A DNA stretch of 64,000 nt, taken from contig CAWJTV010000020.1 in assembly GCA_963845755.1 (NCBI GenBank), positions 384,001-448,000 on the forward strand, written 5' to 3'. The notes beneath the pieces are model-generated. The model made no database searches. It saw only the letters and a list, made by a program, of their open reading frames with translations, and was not told where the DNA came from. Origin of the DNA: an uncultured Planctomycetota bacterium. GTDB taxonomy: Bacteria; Planctomycetota; Planctomycetia; Isosphaerales; Isosphaeraceae. Of the stretch, positions 21,658 through 33,800 are shown piece after piece. Both the position numbers and the translations under genes were made by a program. The stretch's first letter is position 1. Every line of letters begins with the position of its first letter.

Positions 21658-23149
21658 CAATACCGTTGAAATAGGCGCAAGCCACAGCCTCCTGTTACTT
21701 TGGGTTTACTCACGACCCAAGCAACACGGAGGCCATGACTCGCATGCCGCACGGACATTGCACGCTGCCGCCCGATGCGTCGGGCCGGATCTTGGATCGC
21801 TTGGCGGGACTGGAACAGATTATCTCGCCCGAGGCCGTTCGCCAAGTCCTCGCGGCCACCGGTAAAACCAATCAACGACGTTGCACACTGACCCACGAGA
21901 TTGTTTGCTGGGTGGTCCTGGCCATGGGGCTGTTGACCGACTTGCCGATCCGCCAAGTCTTCAAGCATGCACGCCGGCTCCGAGTCGGCGAGGAGAGTCC
22001 CCATCGATCCAGCCTGTGTGTGGCCCGGCAACGCCTGGGCATCGCGCCGGTCCGCCACCTGTTCGAGCACGTCGTTCATCCTCTGGCCCGGCCCGATACG
22101 CCCGGAGCCTTCTACCGCGGGTTCCGCCTGGTCGGCATCGATGGGACCGTCTACGATGTCCCCGACTCGGAGGCCAACGCCGTGGCCTTCGGCGCCCCTC
22201 GGCCGGGCCGCGCGGCGACGGGGCGTTCCCCCAAGTCCGCAAGCTGAGCCTGGTCGAATTGGGGACCCACATCGAACTGGCCTTCGTGGTCCGGTCGATC
22301 GCCCACGGCGAACCGTCGATGGTCGGCGGCTTGCTCCGCCATCTGACTCCGGAGATGCTCCTGTTGGAGGATCGCGGGTTTTTCAGCTATGACCACTGGA
22401 AAACGGCGATGTTGCGGGGCGTCAAGCTGTTGGCACGCGTGAAAAGCGGCTTGATCCTCAAGTCGATCCAAAACCTGGCGGATGGCTCGTACCTGGCCAA
22501 GATTTATCGGGGTTGCTACGACCGTCAGATCGATCGGGATGGGATCGTCGTCCGGGTGATCCGCTATACACTGGACGACCCGCAACGAGTCGGACACGGT
22601 GAAACTCATGTGCTGATCACGAATCTCCTTGACGCGGAGCTTTATCCTGCTGAAGAATTGATCATTCTTTATCACGAGAGATGGGAACAGGAGTTGGTCT
22701 ATGACGAGCAAAAGACCCATCATGATCCGCGGCGGGCGACCAAGCCGGCACAGATGCGGAGCGAGACCCCGGCGGGGGTGATCCAGGAGATCTATGCGCT
22801 GTCGCTGGGTCATTTCGTGATCCGAGCCTTGATGGTTGCGGCCGCCGGGACCGTGGGGCTGGACCCGGATCGGCTGTCGTTTCTGGGGTGCTTCCAGATC
22901 CTCAAGTGCCGGTTGCCAGAATGCAACAGCTCGACCCCCGAGGCGTTCGAGGAGTGGTATCAGCGGATTATTGTGGGAGATGCAGGGGGAACGCACCGAT
23001 GACGAAGTGCGGAGGAACCGGATCAATCCGCGAGTGATCAAGCGTAAAGATGTCGAAATGGAAGAAGAAACGATCCCAAACATCGACACATTCCGCCCTT
23101 GAAGAAAACCTTTGCAGAGACAGTGGTTATGCTTCGTTAAACGGTATTG
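21658..23149 (+). mobile_element. IS4-family insertion sequence, 1492 bp
   Basis: Terminal IRs CAATACCGTTGAA and (reverse complement) CAATACCGTTTAA. 10-bp TSD GGGTTAGGGG at 21648-21657 and 23150-23159. Confidence 0.92.
21735..23140 (+). CDS. IS4-family DDE transposase (frameshifted)
   Basis: ARQRLG, GIDGT, LLEDRGF, Y..RWEQEL.YDEQK (YREK-like). Stop TAA at 23138-23140 inside the right IR. Confidence 0.88.
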
Positions 23150-23359
23150 GGGTTAGGGGAGGCGGGGAAGGTCGGAGATAGAGCCACTCGTAAAGGTGGT
23201 CCGCAAGCGCCAAGGTGAGGAGAGTCGGCCCGGCCGTGGAGGACGATTCGGAGAGGGCGTCGTCCGGGATCTCGCGCAGCCTGCCGAGCAGGGCATAGCG
23301 CGATGGTGACAGGATCTCCACCGCGTCGAGAATCGTCAGGAGATCATCGTGGACAGGAG

Positions 23360-24494
23360 TCATGACGCGACAGCTCCCGGCGGAATCCCGAAGAGTTGCA
23401 CCTGGCCAAGCTCGGGTTCAGCCAGTAGGTTCGCGCTAATCTGTAGCAGGAGCACCGGTTGACCGGTGAGACGGTCCGACTTGCCTGTAAGCTCGTAGGT
23501 CGAACTGGATGAGTCGGACTGCGGCGAACGCCACCGCCCGCCGCAAGAACCCGCCCTCCTCGGCAACCTCGAGACCGGCCGCCGCGCGAATAACCAGCCC
23601 ACAAGGCACGTGATGCGGCCCGCAACTCGTCCAGCGGGACCCGCGCCCGTGCGGTCATCTCCTCGGTGGTCAGCTCATCGGAGAGCGGCATCGAGGAGAC
23701 CCAGAGGACCAGGAAATCCTGCAAGGCACCCGCCAAATCCCATGCAGGATCGCCGATCCGGACCATCTCCCAATCGACGATCCACAGCTCGATGGCGTCA
23801 ACTTCCTCGTCCGCCCGCGGTGACCTGACCAGCACGTTGTCGAACCGGATGTCGCCATGGATCACCGTTTCGGGCCGCCACGACCGCGTCAATCGCTCGA
23901 GGTGTTCGACGAAACCCGCGTTGGCCTGAAGAATCCGCAGGATCTCGAGGTCAGCCCGGCTCAATCCGGCGCAATTCTCGGGCCCCGGTTGGTGAAAAAC
24001 TAGGATTGAGGGCAACGCCGGGGGAGCCAATCCAGACGTGGATCGCGTTCCGGATCCATCAGGCGAAAGTCGCGGTGGAGCGTACCCAGGGCTTGACCGA
24101 GTTCCCGAGCCGCCCGGAGGCTATGGCACCGGCCGCCGTGTTCCGCCGATTTGATCTGAAGCGTCGTGGCATCGGAGATCAACTCGAACACGAGAATGGC
24201 ATCTTCGACACAATTGTGCACAAGCCGCGGAAGAAAATGTGTCAAAGCGGTCGCGGCCGGCTCCTCCCGGCAGAACGTGTGGAATAACAATTCGCGACGA
24301 AGCGTCGCATGGCCGCCATGTGACAGGTGGTCCGGCTGTTTGATCAAGAAGCCCACGCCTTCGGGGCCGTCAACCCTCAGATTCCGATTTCGCCGCGAGA
24401 CGCTGCGGATGGTCAAGGTACCGTCGATGATCCATGCGACTTCGATCAGTCCCCGCTCGAGCAGGAAAGGAACGACACTGTCCACATCAAGCAT
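23360..24494 (-). CDS. APH/phosphotransferase-family kinase (LanK-like), frameshifted
   Basis: SRRNRN, FLIKQ, VIHGDIRFDNVLV, IVDWE, GDPAWDLA. Stop overlaps the next start (ATGA at 23360-23363). Confidence 0.8.
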
Positions 24495-24626
24495 CGCGGG
24501 ATGTCTCACGGATGCGGGATTTGCCCCATGACGGTCTCAGTTACAGGCGGGTGTAACCGCATCATTTCGGTCGACAAACAAGCACGACCTGGCGCGGCGG
24601 TGCGAGGGGTGATGCCGCCGGTTTAA

Positions 24627-25137
24627 TCAGTCGAGAAGGCTCCGGATGGGCGAGATCACCGAAGGTGATGGCCTAGGAGTTGGCGTCGGGGAAGAGCAGG
24701 CGGCTTCGCTCGGTACTGGAAAGAGTCCCGACGCGAATCCAAGGACGTCGGTGTTTAGCGCAGACTTGATCGAATTAGCCGACACGATAGAGCCTCTCAG
24801 GAATGACGCCTCGACCGACTGGACGAGCTTGAGGGGCCCATCCAAGTTGACGACGATCCTCGTCGGCTGGGTTTCATCCGACGGGTCGAACGGCTCGAGG
24901 TATAGGATCTTGCCCTTGGGCACCTCGACATAAGCCTGGAACCTCAGATCAAGGTAGATGCGAACCAAACCGTTCGGATCGGTGCGCACCGAGGAACCCG
25001 ACCACTACGACGGTTTCGCGTGGCTCGCCGGAATCCTGCAAGATCCTGGCAACTAGCGGATGTGGAGTGAGAACGACGCCCTGCGCGCCAGGGTAGGACG
25101 GTGTCCCCTTGCTGCTTGGATCCTGCTTATCAGCCAC
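24627..25137 (-). CDS. Putative large RiPP precursor-like protein (frameshift near 24985)
   Basis: RBS GAGGGA plus GTG. ORFs 24949..25137 and 24627..24989 join into about 170 aa: folded-looking N-terminus (VGFLG..VRIYLDL..YVEVP..IL) and a Ser/Thr/Pro-rich tail with SEAAC. First gene of the kinase/lyase-cyclase cluster. Confidence 0.55.
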
Positions 25138-25354
25138 AGCTCGTCCCTCACAACGTCCGAGGGGGATCTACTCGAGAAGCATGACTACCATAATCATGTT
25201 GCCTGGATCTTCGAGAATATACAGCGTCGTTAGGGATGTCGCAATAGAGTCGTTTCCCGATGGTTAATCTCGCCGCACCGATCGGTGTCATCTAAAAGAA
25301 TAATACAAATAGTTTCTATCATCTTCTTGTATCGCAGATTCCAAGGCGGGGCGA

Positions 25355-28300
25355 TCATGGAATCGTCCGCGCGACACGCATCCCGACATCGGGCTCGAAG
25401 GCTGCTGCCTCGGCCCAGGCTTGATTGGCAGATCGTAGTCCGAGCGAGGCCCTACGGAAGGAGGAACCGCGAAGGATGCGGTTTTCACGAAGGACCGTTT
25501 CGCCAAGAATCTCGTCCGCGATCATGCGGCCCGGAATGATGGCAGATTCCGATTGTCGATCGTGACACCACTCGATCACGTTGCCCAACAAATCGAACAG
25601 TCCCAAGTCGTTAGGAAGCAAACTGCCGCAGGGGCGAGTTCGGTGTCCACCCTTGACGCCCGCATTGTCCAGATACCACTCGTAATACGAGAGCAACCCG
25701 GGGGGACTGCCGAAGTAGCGGGACGTCACGGTTCCAGCCCGGCACGCATACTCCCACTCCGCTTGCGTCGGGAGGCGATACCCGCCAGCAGCCACGGCCT
25801 CGGCATCAACACGCATCCCTGCCGCATATTGGCCTTTATCATTCGGCAGGTAGCATGGTCGTAACTTTTCCTTCGCGCCGAGCCAGTTGCAATAGGCAGC
25901 GGCTTCGTACCAGGTCATGTTGGGTTGGGGGCAGTCCGGGGTGGGACTGTACTGTACCTCGTACCCGTGACGCCTCTTATGCGTCTCCATCGTGTATGTC
26001 TGGAAGCTCTCGACGTTCACCTCCCTGGAAGCGATGGCGAATCGCCGGGGGATGAGTCGTCGATGGAACGGTTTGAAATCGCCTCGAGTCGGTTCGGAGC
26101 GCGGCGAGCCCATGTCGAACAGAGCCGGGCCGTCGATGAGGACCATCGTCTGGCCCTCCCGGTTGACGTACCAGCGCCGGCGGATCGCTTCACCGGCCCG
26201 AGGTGGCTGTCCGGGCTCGAGATTGAGCCGATCGACGTACCCCCATCGTCTCAGGACCAGCTCTGCCGACGAGTGGACGCCTCCGTCAGGATCGTTTCGA
26301 TACAACTTGATCAGAGTCTGGATCAATCGAGATGGTTCTTCGGGGCCGAGGGCCGTCTTCGGATACGCCGCCAATGCCTGGATGAGTGCCCGTTGCCGCG
26401 AGATCAACGGGTCGAAGAGGTAAGAGTTCTTCTCCGAGACCGCTCCCACGTCCTCGCCAAGTCGCTCGAGCTCCACCGCGAGGATCGAGGGGTCTGCGCC
26501 ATAGGGTGCGAGCGCAGTGATGAAATTGCTTCGCACTTCCGGGTCCTTGCTGTGTTCGAGCAACTTCCAGACCTCCTTGTCGGAACCCAGGCGGACCAGG
26601 GCTACTGCCGCTCTTGCCCGGCGCGGATCGCCGAGTCGCGGCCATGCCGCCTTCACTCGGCTGGTGGCCCTCCTTTCCGGAAGCCGGAGACACGGCGGGG
26701 CTCATCCTGCCCATCGAAGCGGGCTGCGTAGACTCTAATTCCTTATGGAGGTCCAGGAGGACTGCCGCAGGATCTCTTTGGATCACGTTGAAAAACAGGG
26801 AGAACGCCTTAGGATCCGCATCGAGCATGACATCGAGCAGATCATTCGGTCTGCCGGCGGCGTAGCGGGACAGAAACTCGGTCGCCAGGTTATGTTCGCC
26901 CTCGGGACGGCCTTCATCGCGAAAGATCCGTTTCAAGGGATCCAAGAGGTAGAGATGGACGCTCGACATGGCATCGAGCCAGCCTTTCGCGTCGAACTGC
27001 CCCCGACCATCGCGCCCGCGACGATGTCGGCGACCTCCGACCAATGCCGATTCGTCGCGTCGTAATCTGCCAGGAGGCCCGCCAAGGGGAGGATCCGGTT
27101 GTCGCCGGGCCTGGCACCCCGCAAGTCACGCCACGACCGATCGAGCAGCATGCCCCGATAAGGTCCCAGGCAAACCCGGAGCACCGCCATCTCGCTCGAG
27201 TCGACGACCGTGTTGGGCGACTTGTCAGGGACCAGGTAGTTGTAGAGGTAATCGACCGGCTCGTCGTTGAACGCAAGGAGAGCGAGGCTGGCGTGAAGCT
27301 TCTGTTTGGTGCGATTCGGCGCCTCGAGGACGATGCGCCTGAGCTCCGGATAGGTCCACCGTCGGAACGCCCAGATCTCGTGAACGATGTCGGGCACTTC
27401 GGCGATCTCGGCCGTGAGGAGCTGTTGCATCAAACCAGCGGCATGGGTTTCCGCGTTGGCCTCGATGAATCGATGACGGATCATGAGTCCCGCGACGAGG
27501 AGGCCGGCGAGCAGGACTGCCCCACCGAGGCCACGGAGCCCGATAATCCAGTCCGCCCGCCTCATCATCCGGCCCTGAGACTCGGTCCACCCCTTTGGCT
27601 TCGTCAGCGACCGGATCGAGAGCCACTCCACGGCCGAGGGCAGGTAACGGTCCTCCGGCTTGGCGTTCCACATCGCCGCGCGCTCCGCCAGCCGGAGTTC
27701 AGCCCGACCTTGGCGGGTCTCGCGTTGCTTGCGCGTCAACCAGTCGCGCAAGGCATGGACCAGGTAATCGTGTGTGAGTTGGTAGCAGCGGCCAGCCGCC
27801 GCGTGAGACGGCATGTCCTCATCGATCGAGCCCTCGGGATCGACGGGTGTGATCAGCCGAAGCTCATTGTCAAGCATGCGGATCAGGTCGATGAAGTCCG
27901 CGCGGGCGATCTCCGTATCCCGATAGACCTCGCAGTTCCTCGATCGATCGCATCCGCCCTTTGATATCCGCGTTCGACTCGGGCAGGAGCGCCTTCAGGA
28001 CGGCCTGCGCCGCCTTCTGGTGATATCGGTGATTTGGGTTGGCTCGCGGCGAGCTGAAGGTCTCCTCCAGGAACGTGACTCCGACTCCGTCCATGCCGCC
28101 GACTTCCCGCAAGGTTGCAGGGACCCAAGCCTTCCTCTTGACCATCTCGGCGAACAGTGCCAGCCGAACCGGGACGACTCGACTATCCTGCGCCAGCCCG
28201 TCGACCGCCTGATCGAGGAAGGCGCGCTGCTCACGGGTAAGGTCGTCGGCCCGCGGCGGCAAGGCTTCGTAAGCGCGCCCGTAGGCCGCCAGGACCTTGC

Positions 28301-30300
28301 GGGCGTGCTTCGGATCGAAGAGGTCGACAGCCGCGACGTTACGATCGGGGACCAGGTCGATCTCGAGGTCTCTCATCAATCGGGTCGCGGCCATCCAGAA
28401 GTCGTCGCGCACGAGGCAGAGGGCCTGGAGATGTTCGCCGTCGCATTGCCGCAGCGCCGCGACCAACTCGGCTGCCGGCTCACCATGATGGGCGAAAAGC
28501 CACTGCTCGAACTGGTCGAGGACCAACAAGACCTTCCGGTCGTGCGTGATGCCCTGGCCGCGCCGGAGGCTCGCCAGCGATTCGACCAGCCCGACGTCGG
28601 CGGGCAGGCTGGGAAACCGCTTGCGGACGCCCCGGAGCAATCGCGCCTCCGTCTCGCCGACGGTCGACTCGACGTAGACCGTCGCGACGTGTTGGCCTAG
28701 CATGGGCAGCAGCCCCGCCTTGACGAGCGACGACTTGCCGCAGCCCGATGGCCCGTAGATGAGCCCGACTCGGAACGTCCTGTCCGGATCGGTTGCCTCA
28801 ATCCGCGTCTTCCAGAACCGCAGTCCTTCGGGGAGCCCTTCGCGATCGCGAGGGCCGGGGAGGAGCTCGAGGAAGAAGTCGGCATCGTTTTCGTCGAAGG
28901 ACCCTAGCCCCTTCGGGACGATCCGGATCGAAAGGAGGATCGAATCCGATGATGCCGGGATGAGGGTCGGCGAGCCTTCGGTCGTCGTCGGTGTCGAGAC
29001 GGTCTTTGCTGCTGGGCTCACGCCGTGCATCGACATCGTCCGCAACTTCGATTCGAGGAAGTGCCGCAAGTCCTCGGCGAGGTCCCTGGCGGTGGCATAT
29101 CGCTCGGAAGATCGTTTGGAAAGCGATTTCAGGCAGATCCGCTCGAGTTCCCGGGGAATCGTGTCGTCGATCTGCCGCGGCGGGCGGGGCTCGGCGTGGA
29201 TGATCTGCTCCATGACCTGGTCCTTCGACGAACCCCGAAACGGTCGGCGGCCGGTCAGCAGCTCGTAGAGGACGACGCCGAGGCTGAAGATGTCCGAGCG
29301 CCCGTTCGACGCGATGCGCTTCACCACGCGCCTGCTCCGGACTCATGTACGCCGCCGTGCCAAGGTGGCGCGATCCCTTTCCCAGGTTTTCCTCCTTCAA
29401 GGCCAGGCCGAAATCCGCCAGGTATGGTGCACCGTGGGCATCGAGCAGGATATTCGCGGGCTTGATGTCCCGGTGAAAGAGGTCATGAATATGAGTGTAG
29501 TGCAGTGCCTCGCAGAGGACCGCGATCATCTCGGCGGCCTCGGCAACGGCAAGCCGTCCGCGACGAAGCCGGGCGGCGAGGTCGCCCCCATCCATATACT
29601 TGGACACCACGTAACAGTGGCCGTCCTCGGTGCGGCCCACGTCGTAGACCGGCACGATGTTCGGATGGGAGAGCCGGGCGATGATCCGGGCTTCCTCGAG
29701 GTAGGACTCAACATCCAGGAACCAAGACGACTGTGAGTGTACCGGCTTCTTAATCGCGACGTCGCGGTCGAGCTCGGCGTCGTGCGCCAGGTAGACTCGC
29801 CCGAACCCGCCCTCGCCGAGGACCCGGATCACCCGGTATCGGCCGATGGAACTCGGACATGGGTCCGGCCCGGTCTTGTTCGCCGCTCGGTCACCGTCAT
29901 CTCGGGCCAGAACAGGCGGGTCCGACGAAGGATGTCCCGGAAGGACTCCCGGATCGGCCACGGGTTCCACTGGTGAGTGCTTCAGGAAGGCATACAGCCG
30001 TTTCTGCCGTTCGGTTCTTTCACGCAGCGCTTCCAACAATTCGGGGTCATTGACACCGAGAGACTCCGGGGAAGCGTCCTCGCCGCGACCATAGCGCTGT
30101 TCCCACTGCGCGAGGAAGTCGAGAAGACGGTCATCCCGGTCATCGCTGGGCCCCATCCATACTTCGCCACGCTCGATCTTGGGCTTGCGCAGGGACTCCC
30201 TTTGGGTGTCCTCGCTCGTGGACTGCGCGGGGGTCTCACCGGCCTGGGCGCCGGCCTCAATTCGGGGAGTGGGCTGTGAGTCCGCGTCGGGGTCGTTCAT
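25355..30300 (-). CDS. Ser/Thr kinase + STAND-like NTPase + TM + FGE-sulfatase domain protein, copy B (frameshifted)
   Basis: GEGGFG, HRDIKPANILL, DFGLA; GPSGCGKSS, LVLDQFEQ; RLPT.AEWEYACRAG, PNDLGLFDLLGNV.EWC. Confidence 0.85.
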
Positions 30301-30329
30301 CGGCCGCTCCGCTCGATCGTCCCGTAATG

Positions 30330-30592
30330 TCAGAAGGGTGTATTCGATCCATCCAGCCAGTGCGCGGCACGGTCGCTTCCAGGGCGACGACCAGCCGCAT
30401 CCAGACCTCGCTGACGACGCTTTCCAGGTCGTGACGGCCGTGCAGGCCGGAGAAATCGTCCTGATAGATCCGGGCGGCGATTCGCAACATGCGGTCGTGG
30501 GCGCGCTCCAGTAACTCGCACCGAGCCGTGATATCGCCACGGCGGAGCCGGTCGATCAGATTCTTGAGGTTAGCCGAAGTGTCGCCTACCAC
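30330..30592 (-). pseudogene. Internally deleted ECF sigma factor
   Basis: Matches 35949..36560 up to ALEATVP, then jumps to the last codons; about 350 nt missing. Confidence 0.82.
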
Positions 30593-30882
30593 GTCGAGGA
30601 CGCCTTTCGGCGGGATGTCCGAGCCGATGGATGTGCCGGATCGATCGCGCCTCAGGAATCCCGCGGCCCTCCATCGTAATCAAATCTGGCACACGCTCTC
30701 AACAAATCCCGGATTCTTGCAAGGTTTTTTGTCCCAGGTCGCGATACGGATTGCCTGGCGATAGTGAGCAACCCATCGAAGGCCAGGCCGCATCCGGGCG
30801 AGACCAGAGTGACGAATGAGGAGCCGACAGAGTGGATCCGAGAAGATGTCCCGTGAGAGCCCGCCGCGGAGGACGATCCCGC

Positions 30883-33800
30883 TCAGGGCAGGGTCCTGAC
30901 GGGGCGGAACCCCAGGTCGGACCGGGATCCCTCCGGCACTAACCAGAATCGGCTCCAGGAGCGGAGCGAGTCGGGGTCGTTCCGGCAGGATCCGCCGCGA
31001 AGATAGCGATATTCGCCCTTCCTCACGGTCTCGTCTGCAATCACATCGCCTTTCCCGTCGGCTGGCCGGTCCTTGAGGTTCCACCCGGTATGACGATCGT
31101 GGCACCACTCCATCGCGTTGCCCAGCATGTCGAATAGCCCGAACTCGTTGGGAAGTCGCATGCCGCAGGAGTGGCGCGGAACCCCGAGGTGTAGTCGATC
31201 GCATAGACTGCGAGCAGGTCGAGGGACTGACCATAGTGGCGGCTGGTCACTGTCCCTGCCCGGGCGGCGTACTCCCATTCGGCCTCGGTCGGCAGGCGAT
31301 AGCCGCCCTGAGCAACCGCCCTGGAGTCGAACCCGCAGCCCCTCCGCGAACGTGCCATCGTTGGTCGCCAGGTAACATGGCGGTAGGCCCTCCCGCTCGC
31401 TGAGCCAGTTGCAGTAGGCCGCGGCGTCGAAATAGGTGATGTCGACCATCGGGCCATCCGGGTCTGGGTCGTAACGCTTGGTGTACTTGTGGGGGGCCTT
31501 TCGCACGTCTCTTGCGAAGGTCTGAAACTCCTCGATCGACACTTCCTTGGAGGCCATGGCCAATCGGTGCGAGATCCGTTGTCTGTGATATACCTCCTCT
31601 TCCTGACGGAGCGGGTCCATCGGCGGGGCGCCCATGTCGAAGTCGACCCGGCCATCGATGAGGATCATCGTCTGGCCAGCCCGATTGACATACCAGCGGC
31701 GGACGATCGGTTCTCCCGCCCGAGGCGCGCCCCCGGGCTCAAGCTTCAGTCGATTCTGGCGACCCCAACGCCTCAGGATCAATTCCGCCGCCGAGTGGAT
31801 GCCGGCGTCGGGGTCGTTGCGGTAGAGGTCCTCCAGGGTTTCGAGCAGCGCGTCGCGCTCGCGAGGATCGGAGTCGAGCGCCACCTTGGGGAATCCCGCG
31901 AGCGCCTGGATCAGCGCCCGGCTCTTCGATCTGGCCCGGTCGAAGAGGTAATCGTTTTTCCCTCCGCCCAGGCCGGGCCTGGCAAGTTCCATCGGGGCGT
32001 CGCGAACCAGCCGGGCGAACTCGCGAGCGAGGACGGCGGCCTCGACGCCATGCGTGCCCAGTGCGTGGATAAGAGCGCTGCGAGTGCGTGGGTCGGAACG
32101 ATACTCGAGCAAGTGCCACACCGCGCCGTCGGAGCCGAGGCGGATCAGAGCGACCGCCGCCCGCGCCGCTCGCGCGGCCCGCCGATCCCTGGACTCTTCC
32201 ACGTCCTCCGGGGTAGCGGGTGGCCTTTCCGACGTGCCTGGGATCCCCGTCGGCGAGCCGGGCGCCTCGACTCCCTTCGACAGCAAGACCGCCTCTTCCA
32301 GATCAGCGAGGACGGCCGCTCGGTTCTTCTCGGCGACGGGGAGGAGGATCGAGAACGACATGGGATCGGAGTCGAGTAGCAGATCCACCAGGCGGTCGGG
32401 GTCGTTGGCGGTGTACCGTGCCAGGACGTACGCCGCGAACTCGCGCTCCTCGATCGGACGATTGTGGTCCCGGTAGATTCGGGATAAGGGGTCGATGATC
32501 ACGGATTGAATACCTGTCAGCGCGTCCGTCCAGGTGTTCACAGAAATGAGTTTCGCCCCGACCATCGCGTCTGCGACCTTGTTCGCCAGCTCGGACCAGT
32601 TCGAATTCGTCCGGTCGTAACTCGCGAGTACGCCTGCCACGGGGAGCAGTCCATCATCACCAACCCTGGCCTCACGCAAGTCGCCCCATAGATTCTCGAT
32701 CAGTTCGCCCTGATACGGCCTGAGGCTCTCCCGAAGTATGGGCATCTCCCCCGAAATGCCTTCGAGCAGGCGCCGGTGCAGGTAGTCGACCTGCCCACGG
32801 TCGTCCGGCAGCCGGGCGAGGCTGTACCAGAGTCGAGAACGGGTGTCGTCTCCGGACCGGCTCGCCAGGTGCTGGAGGCGACGGGCATACATCCAGCGGG
32901 GATAGGTTGCGAGTTGACCCAGGACCTCGGGGATCTTCTCAACTTTCGAGTTCGGTAGCGACTCCAGCAATACCTCGGTCCGCGAGTAGACGCTGTAGGC
33001 CTCGGTTATCATCGTCACGAGAGCAATGAAGATGACGAAGCCGAACAGTCTCGTCCCATGGACCCACCGTCCGCGCGTCATCATCCGCCGCTGAGGCTCG
33101 GTCCACCCCTTGGGTTTCGTCAACAGCCGAATCGATAGCCATTCGCCCGTTGATGGAAGGTGACGATCCTCCGGCTTGGAGTTCCATGCGGCTGCGCGCT
33201 CCGCCAGCAAGAACTCGACTCGACCGCGGCGAGTGTCACGCTGTTTGCGCGTCAACCACTCGCGAAGGGCGTGGACCAGGTAGTCGTGGGTCAGTTGGTA
33301 GTAGAGTCCGCCGACCGGGAGAGCCGGTGCGTCCTCATCGATCGAACCCTCCGGGTCAACCGGCGTGATCAGGCGAAGATCCGTATCGAGGATGCGGATC
33401 ACGTCGGCGAACTCCGTCGGTCTCTCGGCATAACCCGAGAACTGTCGAAGCTCCTCCACCGACCTCATCCGCCCCTTGATGTCGGCATTCGCCTCGGGCA
33501 GGAGCGCCTTCAACACGGCCTGTGCGGCTCTCTGATGGTAATGGTGGTTCGGATTGGACCGGGGCGAGCTGAAGGTGTCCTCGAGGAACGTGACCCCGAC
33601 TCCATCCATGCCGCCGACGTCGCGCAAGGTCGCGGTTGTCCAGGGCTTCTGCTTGACCATCTCGGCGAGGAGAGCCAGCCGAACCGGGACGACGCGACCG
33701 TCCTGCGCCAGGCCGTCGACCGCCTGGTCGAGGAATGCGCCATGTTCCCTCGTGAGGTCTTCGGTCCTCCGCGGCAGGGCCTCGTATGCGCGCGCCGAAC

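Larger units (their letters stand above)
19517..23363 (-). pseudogene. HopA1-like lyase fused to LanC-like cyclase, interrupted by IS (21658..23149), plus one frameshift near 20280
   Basis: HopA1-like RYYW..FQVKVL..Y.RADAGVIY..P.FTK.L..GL.FAEDP..SFGEHRC, then LanC repeats DLYGGSAG, GISHGAAG, WCHGAPG, CHGLGG, LMLGTAG. Removing the IS and one TSD rejoins ...RPSPPPLT|QRDELAER in frame. Confidence 0.82.
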
